Notes under the pieces: model-generated
Seen by the model: the letters and a program-made list of their open reading frames with translations, nothing else
Databases searched by the model: none
What the model was told of the DNA's origin: nothing
Assembly (NCBI GenBank): GCA_038128225.1
Contig: JAYPJF010000002.1
Coordinates: 191,751 to 255,750, forward strand
Direction of reading: 5' to 3'
DNA length: 64,000 bases
Source of the DNA: a bacterium
GTDB taxonomy: Bacteria; Patescibacteriota; Minisyncoccia; Phycocordibacterales; UBA2100
Made by a program: the position numbers and the translations under genes
Part shown: piece by piece, positions 58,159-64,000 of the stretch
How positions within the stretch are numbered: position 1 is the first letter of the stretch
How the letters are laid out: every line of letters begins with the position of its first letter

Positions 58159-58899
58159 TTGAAAATGAAGGAAGGGGTCCCAGCGTTTGCGTGGAGTAAC
58201 TACGCAGAACTTGGTCGCAACTTGTACCCTGGCAGAGGTATCGTGGTAGGCCGCGATGAAACCGGAAAATATTTAATCCAAGTGTATTGGGTTACAGGGC
58301 GAAGCGAAAAAAGCAGAAATCGCATTTTCGACGCGGACTACGATGCGGGGCGTCTTTTCACTGAAGCAGCGGACGCCGCGAAGATGATGGACCCGAGCCT
58401 CGTCATCTACAACGCGATGCGCGAACGGGGGTCTTTTTATATCGTTGGCAATGGAGACCAGACCGACACCGTTGCGGATTCTCCGCACTTACCACACCTG
58501 AACACTGCGCTACAAGGACGCATATACGAGCCGGACTCACCCAACTTTACACAGCGCATTACTGCGGTGTGCGTTCTGCAGGCACGCCCATGCGTTCAAA
58601 TGTCCATCCTGCGGAAATCGGTGATCGGGGAAACGTGCGACCGAATGTTCTATGAGTTCGTACTGAAACCGGGTTGCGGTTATTGCATTATGACCTATGC
58701 GGGTGACGGTGATCCCCTGCCTCCGTTCCGTGCAGAGCCTCTTCTGATGCCGCTTTGCGGCAGTATGATAGATATTGCGAACGCGTACTGGAATGCGCTT
58801 AACGAAAGCAATCGTGTGTCGCTTGCGGTGAAGTTTGTGAAAATCCGCAGCGGGCGATCAACTATTCACATCATCAACAAGTACGAAAAAGTCGGGTAG
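58159..58899 (+). CDS. IMP cyclohydrolase-like (PurO/Ntn fold) protein
   Basis: YPGRGIVVG, GRSEKSRNR, NGDQTD, YEPDSPNFTQRI, N.VSL. Confidence 0.85.
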   Translation: MKMKEGVPAFAWSNYAELGRNLYPGRGIVVGRDETGKYLIQVYWVTGRSEKSRNRIFDADYDAGRLFTEAADAAKMMDPSLVIYNAMRERGSFYIVGNGDQTDTVADSPHLPHLNTALQGRIYEPDSPNFTQRITAVCVLQARPCVQMSILRKSVIGETCDRMFYEFVLKPGCGYCIMTYAGDGDPLPPFRAEPLLMPLCGSMIDIANAYWNALNESNRVSLAVKFVKIRSGRSTIHIINKYEKVG

Positions 58900-58917
58900 A
58901 AGTCTCTGGCACATTGG

Positions 58918-58944
58918 AAGCCGCAGCGCGCACTGCGGCTTTTT
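58918..58944 (+). terminator. intrinsic terminator
   Basis: AAGCCGCAG-CGCGCA-CTGCGGCTT followed by Ts. Confidence 0.75.
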
Positions 58945-59052
58945 GCTATATTATGTAAGTATCAGTTGGCGTTTTGTGGGTTCATGTGTGCTGCGCGTCC
59001 TTTCGTACTGTACTCTTTGAGAAACTCAAACTATGCTACCATTGCGGACACA

Positions 59053-59646
59053 ATGAAAAACGAAATCGAAGCGACCTTTGTCAACATCGACCACGAGTTT
59101 ATGCGCCAAAAGTTACGAGAATTTGGAGCTCAACTCGTGCGTCCGGAGCGTCTTAACCGGCGCACGATTTTTGACTACGAAGATTTGCGTCTCGATAAGA
59201 AAGCTGCATGGATACGCCTCCGAGACGAAGGTGACTCTGTTACGCTCACCTTTAAGCAAAGAAATGGTGAGACTATTGACGGCATGAAAGAAATAGAGGT
59301 GGTAGTAAGCGACTACGAGAAAACGAAAGCCTTGTTGCTTGCGACAGGCCTATCGGTAAAAGCCGAACAAGAAACTAAGCGCGAACTTTGGGAACATGAG
59401 GGTGTCCAAATCATGCTCGACACCTGGCCATGGCTCAACCCCATCATTGAGATCGAAGGGCAAAGTGAGGAGCATGTGAAAGCATTTTCCGAGCGCCTTG
59501 GTTTCAATTGGAGCGAGGCTGTTTTTGATAGTGCCGATAAACTATATCAACTTGTTTTCGATGTAAGTCGGACAGAAATATCTACCTGCCCAATACTATT
59601 TGGCCCCGTCCCCGTGTGGTTGGAGAAAAAGCGTCGCATCGGGTAA
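59053..59646 (+). CDS. CYTH domain protein (class IV adenylate cyclase-like)
   Basis: EIEA, WIRLRDEG..TLTFK, EIE, ETKRE.W, IEIEG. Confidence 0.88.
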   Translation: MKNEIEATFVNIDHEFMRQKLREFGAQLVRPERLNRRTIFDYEDLRLDKKAAWIRLRDEGDSVTLTFKQRNGETIDGMKEIEVVVSDYEKTKALLLATGLSVKAEQETKRELWEHEGVQIMLDTWPWLNPIIEIEGQSEEHVKAFSERLGFNWSEAVFDSADKLYQLVFDVSRTEISTCPILFGPVPVWLEKKRRIG

Positions 59647-59714
59647 GCGAATGTTTTAGCAGTGTACCCGCGCATGTGCTGACGTTTCCGCTGAAAAACG
59701 GTACAATACTGCCA

Positions 59715-60194
59715 ATGCGCACAAAAAATATAATCGAGGCCGCAGTCGCCATTATAGTGTGCGAAGCTGCTGGGATTGCGGGATCGTTCTTTACAGCCCC
59801 CTCCATTCCCACGTGGTACGCCGACCTTATCAAAGGACCGCTCAATCCGCCTTCTTGGATTTTTGCACCCGTATGGACCACGCTCTATGCTCTTATGGGT
59901 ATTGCCGCATACCTTGTATGGAAACAAGGCATGCATCGCCGCGACGTGCAGATCGCTCTCGTTCTTTTCGGCGTGCAACTTGTCCTCAACATGCTCTGGT
60001 CTTACATCTTTTTCGGACTTCGCGCACCAGGACTTGCCTGTGTTGAAGTTGTTTTGTTGTGGATTACAATTGCTGCCACACTGTGGGCGTTTGCGAAAAT
60101 TTCCAAACCCGCTGCGTGGCTCCTCGTACCGTACATCGCATGGGTCAGCTTTGCCGCTTACCTCAACTATACGCTCTGGATACTTAATTCGTGA
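59715..60194 (+). CDS. TspO/MBR family protein
   Basis: WY..L.K..LNPPSWIFAPVWT.LY, QLVLN.LWS.IFF, LLVPY..WV.FA.YLN. Confidence 0.95.
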   Translation: MRTKNIIEAAVAIIVCEAAGIAGSFFTAPSIPTWYADLIKGPLNPPSWIFAPVWTTLYALMGIAAYLVWKQGMHRRDVQIALVLFGVQLVLNMLWSYIFFGLRAPGLACVEVVLLWITIAATLWAFAKISKPAAWLLVPYIAWVSFAAYLNYTLWILNS

Positions 60195-60219
60195 TCGGCC
60201 ACTATTCTAAGTGTCATTT

Positions 60220-60846
60220 CTACGTTCTCGGATCACTTCTCAGCCATTCCCGCGCATCAGTTGTTGTCCGCTCGAATGCGCTTGCAGGTCTGAGAATGCG
60301 TCGATTGACTTTCGGCACCAAGGCGTAGTGCTTCTGCTCATCGAGGGCGTGTGCGATGTAGTGAAGGTTCTTTTCATCAGTGACCCACCCAGAGCCGAAC
60401 TTGCGAAGATCGAGTGGGCGTGAGTAGCTCACAAGCGTCTTAACCCCATTGTTACTCATGTAGTACTCGTGAAAATACGAGAGTGCGAGCTCACGTATAT
60501 TTTTGTAGATCGGATCACGATAGCGAAGTACCGCATGGTTCGTTTTGCTCAGTGCACCCCAGTATCCGCCCACACGAAACAAGGCAACCACGTGATCATC
60601 GTCATACGACTTCGAGGTAAGATCCATGAGAAGCGGCCGTGTGCCATGGATCCACAGCGCGCATGCGGCAAGGAGCGCACCTTCAAGACAGTGCGCCTTG
60701 CCTGTCTTTAACACACGCCTCGGCGACATGTACGTTTGGCCTTTTTTCTCAAAATTAACGGGTATCGTGTCGAGAAAATCTTGAATTTTTTTCGCGGTCG
60801 TTAACCTTCTAAATAACCGCATTTCTGAATCACTAAGCCCAAACAT
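60220..60846 (-). CDS. transglutaminase-like conserved hypothetical protein
   Basis: SPRRVL..AHCLEGA, DDDHVVALF, WGALSKTN. Confidence 0.7.
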   Translation of the reverse strand: MFGLSDSEMRLFRRLTTAKKIQDFLDTIPVNFEKKGQTYMSPRRVLKTGKAHCLEGALLAACALWIHGTRPLLMDLTSKSYDDDHVVALFRVGGYWGALSKTNHAVLRYRDPIYKNIRELALSYFHEYYMSNNGVKTLVSYSRPLDLRKFGSGWVTDEKNLHYIAHALDEQKHYALVPKVNRRILRPASAFERTTTDAREWLRSDPRT

Positions 60847-60896
60847 CGTCTCAGTATACGCGAAAGTTCAGCACGCCACTTACACCGCGTTGTTCG

Positions 60897-61682
60897 CTAC
60901 TCTTGCCGATATTGTATCTTGTCTTGGTATATCAATGACACGAGTGCAAAACTAAGAACAAGCAATAAAAACCACGAACCGATCTTTTCAGGCGCAACAA
61001 GGTGCCACGTAATAACTTGTGACGGATAGAGCCATATGTGTGCAAATGTGCCGATGTTTTCAGCAACCCAAACACATACCGCGGTTAAAAATGCGGTGAG
61101 TAATAACGGCAACGTGCGCTCTTTTTTATACACGCAAAATCGTGCAGTAGTTTTCCAAAAAATGTAGACTGCGTACACGAAAAGTACGTATCGAATGTCA
61201 TAGAAAAAGTGGTGCGTGAAAAAGTTTACATAGATGAGTGCCGCGATAATCCAGAGGTGGTGCCGTTGAGGAAAATTTTCGTATGAAAGCTTTAAAAAGA
61301 CAAAGGCTCGTGATATATAGCTCCCTACGGCTGAATACAAAAAGCCGGTAAAAAGTGGCACGGTTCCCAACGCAAATATGGTACCAGGTAACTCCGGATA
61401 TATCCACGAACCAATTGTCGGATGCGTTTTAAACAATTCCATACCTGTTGCAAGCGCATGGAAAAGTAAGATTACAAAAAACTCTTTCAAACGCTCCACC
61501 TTAAATACGAGCACGCATACTTGAAAAAGAACCGCTGCAAGAAAGATAAGATCATATCTGCTTATCCACGGAACCGAGAAAAACTCGGTAAGAAGAAACA
61601 CCGCAAGGAGAAACGCCCCGAAGTAACTCGCCCGCGCGTTCGCGATACAAAAGTGCCACAGTTCGATTACCCACGACATCAT
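60897..61682 (-). CDS. DUF817 family membrane protein
   Basis: RYD, H...T.MELFKT, GSW.YP, GFLYSAVGSY, IYVNFFTHH, AENIGT, K.GSW. Confidence 0.9.
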   Translation of the reverse strand: MMSWVIELWHFCIANARASYFGAFLLAVFLLTEFFSVPWISRYDLIFLAAVLFQVCVLVFKVERLKEFFVILLFHALATGMELFKTHPTIGSWIYPELPGTIFALGTVPLFTGFLYSAVGSYISRAFVFLKLSYENFPQRHHLWIIAALIYVNFFTHHFFYDIRYVLFVYAVYIFWKTTARFCVYKKERTLPLLLTAFLTAVCVWVAENIGTFAHIWLYPSQVITWHLVAPEKIGSWFLLLVLSFALVSLIYQDKIQYRQE

Positions 61683-61686
61683 ACGC

Positions 61687-62778
61687 TTACGTAAGCAATG
61701 GTAGCGCAACGGAAAATGTTGAACCTTTACCGAAAACGCTTGTAACGGAAATCGTGCCTTTGTGCTGTTTTACTATCTCCTGTGCGACATGCAAACCGAT
61801 CCCTGACCCAGGGGTGGTGTCATCACACATAGCGGTAGGCGCACGATAGTAGCGCTCAAAAATCCTCCGCACATCCTGTTTTTTGATGCCATAGCCAAAA
61901 TCTTGAATCGTGCACGTAAAAGTTGTGTTGCGTTTTTGTAACGTCACGATCACCCGTGTATTTGTGGGTGAGTATCGCAGCGCGTTCGAAATGAGGTTTG
62001 TAAACACTTGTGCAATCCGTACCTCATTGCCATGCATAAAGCAGCGTAGACGCGGTTTTTTAAACACAATCGTTCGCGTCGTGAGGTGGCGAATGTCCTT
62101 TACCACCCGGGCGACACAATCACATATCCGAAATACTTTCCAACTCTTGCGCTCAGTATCATCTGACAGACGGGCTAAGTTCAAATTATCAGTGACGAGC
62201 CGATCGAGCCGTCGCACTTGTGCATCAAGATCATACAGTATACGCTCGATCTCTTCGCGTTTTACATTCTCCTGGACGCTCTCTTTTGCAAGCGACAGTT
62301 GCGTGCGAAGTACGGCAAGCGGCGTCTTAAGTTCATGACTGATGGTCCCCATAAATTCATCCTTCTTTTGTTCCAATTTTTTTTGGTGCGTGATATCGAG
62401 CGCAAAACTCACCCCAAGCTTAGGTCGTAGGCGAATCTGTGTTGCGCCTACCAAAACCGGAACTATGTGCCCTTTCTTGTGAATATACGCTTTCTCAAAA
62501 GGCTCAATCGTTTTCCGCTGTTCAAGCGTCCGCAACTTTCGCTGATCTAAAGCTGAATAATCAGCAGGAGTTATCCGTGTCCAGGTGACAACGCCTTTTT
62601 TAAGATCCGTGTGTGTATATCCAATTATTTTTAGAAACGCATCGTTTGCTTCCAAAATTCTTTCATCGAGATCAGTGATGACAATGCCGATCATGTTTGA
62701 TTCAAAGAGCGCCCGAAAGCGTTCCCGGTTTTCGCGGATTATTTCGGAATACTTTTGAGTTGGCCGTTTTCGCGTCAT
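61687..62778 (-). CDS. cytoplasmic PAS-domain sensor histidine kinase (orphan)
   Basis: PAS (ANDAFL..IGY), HisKA SHELKTPL, N box NLISNALRYS, D.GYGI, G.GIGL, GKGSTF. Confidence 0.92.
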   Translation of the reverse strand: MTRKRPTQKYSEIIRENRERFRALFESNMIGIVITDLDERILEANDAFLKIIGYTHTDLKKGVVTWTRITPADYSALDQRKLRTLEQRKTIEPFEKAYIHKKGHIVPVLVGATQIRLRPKLGVSFALDITHQKKLEQKKDEFMGTISHELKTPLAVLRTQLSLAKESVQENVKREEIERILYDLDAQVRRLDRLVTDNLNLARLSDDTERKSWKVFRICDCVARVVKDIRHLTTRTIVFKKPRLRCFMHGNEVRIAQVFTNLISNALRYSPTNTRVIVTLQKRNTTFTCTIQDFGYGIKKQDVRRIFERYYRAPTAMCDDTTPGSGIGLHVAQEIVKQHKGTISVTSVFGKGSTFSVALPLLT

Positions 62779-62878
62779 GACGATGCCATTTATCATCTTT
62801 GCTGCCACACACAACTACGCACGCATCCTACACACAAAGAATAGCCGCGCCACAAAATTATGGCGCGGTCTATCCACC

Positions 62879-63535
62879 TCATGTTTCCAGACGCCGAAAG
62901 AGCTCCTCCGAACTTATTCGCTGTACGCCGCCAAGTACATCTGCCATGTAGTTTACATTGTACATTAAATAATCTTTGCCATCACCACGCACTGCAAACC
63001 GCACTGCGTGATCCTCTGTTCTCTTTCTCGGAGCATACGGCAACAACTGCGTAATATGACCACACACATCAAGCAGCTTCTCGCGCAGCTCATTGATTTC
63101 TTCCATATAGAGTCGCATGCAGCTGTAGAGAAAATACGCTGACCCGATGTGCATGATGTAGTAGCTCTGCGTTACTAGTGATGCCGGCTTGTAACTTGTA
63201 TGCCCTGGTCGTTGTCGTGCCCGAGCCTCACTTTCGCGCTTCTTCTTCAGTCCACTGAGAATCGTCTGCAGGCTTAAATATACTACCTGCACTTCGAGTT
63301 CTCCGACTCTGATGATTTCTGGCCGGCGCGCACCATCTTGCTCAACATAGGCTATGCACCCATGGAGTCCGTACGTATCTCGATACTGCTTGGAAGCAAG
63401 CATCTCACGGTGAACGATATGTGTTCTTTCTCTCACCCTGTTCCCTGGTGCAAGTACTAGGCAAAAGTGCGACGTGGGATTTTGCTTATGTCGGACATCA
63501 TGCGTTGCTCCGCGACTACCACGCGGCTGATTCAT
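62879..63535 (-). CDS. orphan hypothetical protein
   Basis: GAGGAG SD before the ATG; TTGACA upstream. Confidence 0.5.
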   Translation of the reverse strand: MNQPRGSRGATHDVRHKQNPTSHFCLVLAPGNRVRERTHIVHREMLASKQYRDTYGLHGCIAYVEQDGARRPEIIRVGELEVQVVYLSLQTILSGLKKKRESEARARQRPGHTSYKPASLVTQSYYIMHIGSAYFLYSCMRLYMEEINELREKLLDVCGHITQLLPYAPRKRTEDHAVRFAVRGDGKDYLMYNVNYMADVLGGVQRISSEELFRRLET

Positions 63536-63728
63536 GTGGACTCTCCTCTCAAAGGCCCTCGCCCTGCGCTAAGAGTGTTCGGTATTTATGTCTGTGTCAA
63601 CATCTGTTGGTGCGCGGTAGAGGTATCCCCACTGTAAACACGACACATATCTCTCAAATAAAAACGTGCTTGCACAGTCCGCGCATACGTGTATTGTGCA
63701 CGCGGCATCAAGACCGATGGAGGAAGAT

Positions 63729-63908
63729 ATGCATATGCGCTCTTGGGTCGTCCTTGGGTTGGCTATCGTTTGTGTCTGCGTGTATCACTACTACGGACAA
63801 GTGCAGTTTGATCGCACGTGTAACGCTGCGGGTGGAAAGCGAATCTGGGATTGGGGCTTTGGAAACGTGTGTGTGAGGCCCGGCTCACCTTTCTATCCGA
63901 CTGAGTAG
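63729..63908 (+). CDS. small membrane-anchored Cys-containing protein
   Basis: GGAGG SD, TM, C.AAGG motif, terminator at 63920-63950. Confidence 0.5.
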   Translation: MHMRSWVVLGLAIVCVCVYHYYGQVQFDRTCNAAGGKRIWDWGFGNVCVRPGSPFYPTE

Positions 63909-64000
63909 CGCATACCTGCACGAGCCGCCAACAAGGCGGCTCGCTTGTTTTCGTCAAAAAACCTTTTTAGCGCCACTGCTGCGCCACGCCCCACTTTATC

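Noticed and set aside
1-64000. Alternative genetic code 25 (TGA=Gly)
   Set aside because: Conserved genes such as greA, lysS and frr end normally at TGA and are full length under code 11.

Overview
Bacterial chromosome segment (genetic code 11) whose gene content and style point to a Patescibacteria/CPR genome, probably Parcubacteria (inference): dense conserved hypotheticals, class I LysRS, two MreB paralogs and mostly leaderless core genes. It holds housekeeping genes (mnmA, mltG, dnaB, recR, rplU, rmuC, lysS, greA, mrdA-mreC-mreB, proS, rseP, frr, def-fmt, hpf) and seven tRNAs. Three things stand out. (1) A general-stress gene cluster at about 20.2-26.5 kb in which eight promoters share a TT(C/A)A-N7-TTCA-N11/12-TANNNT architecture, a candidate new regulon. 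(2) A candidate five-hairpin small RNA with C-rich loops and its own promoter and terminator between fmt and hpf. (3) An integrative element at tRNA-Asn (about 45.1-54.4 kb) carrying a large serine recombinase, a RepA-like AAA ATPase, a highly structured RNA with possible pseudoknot or switch pairing, an 804-aa Zn-finger/PD-(D/E)xK protein and an HpaII-family restriction-modification plus Vsr module. No CRISPR array or rRNA was seen. All family assignments come from motif recognition by eye, not database searches.
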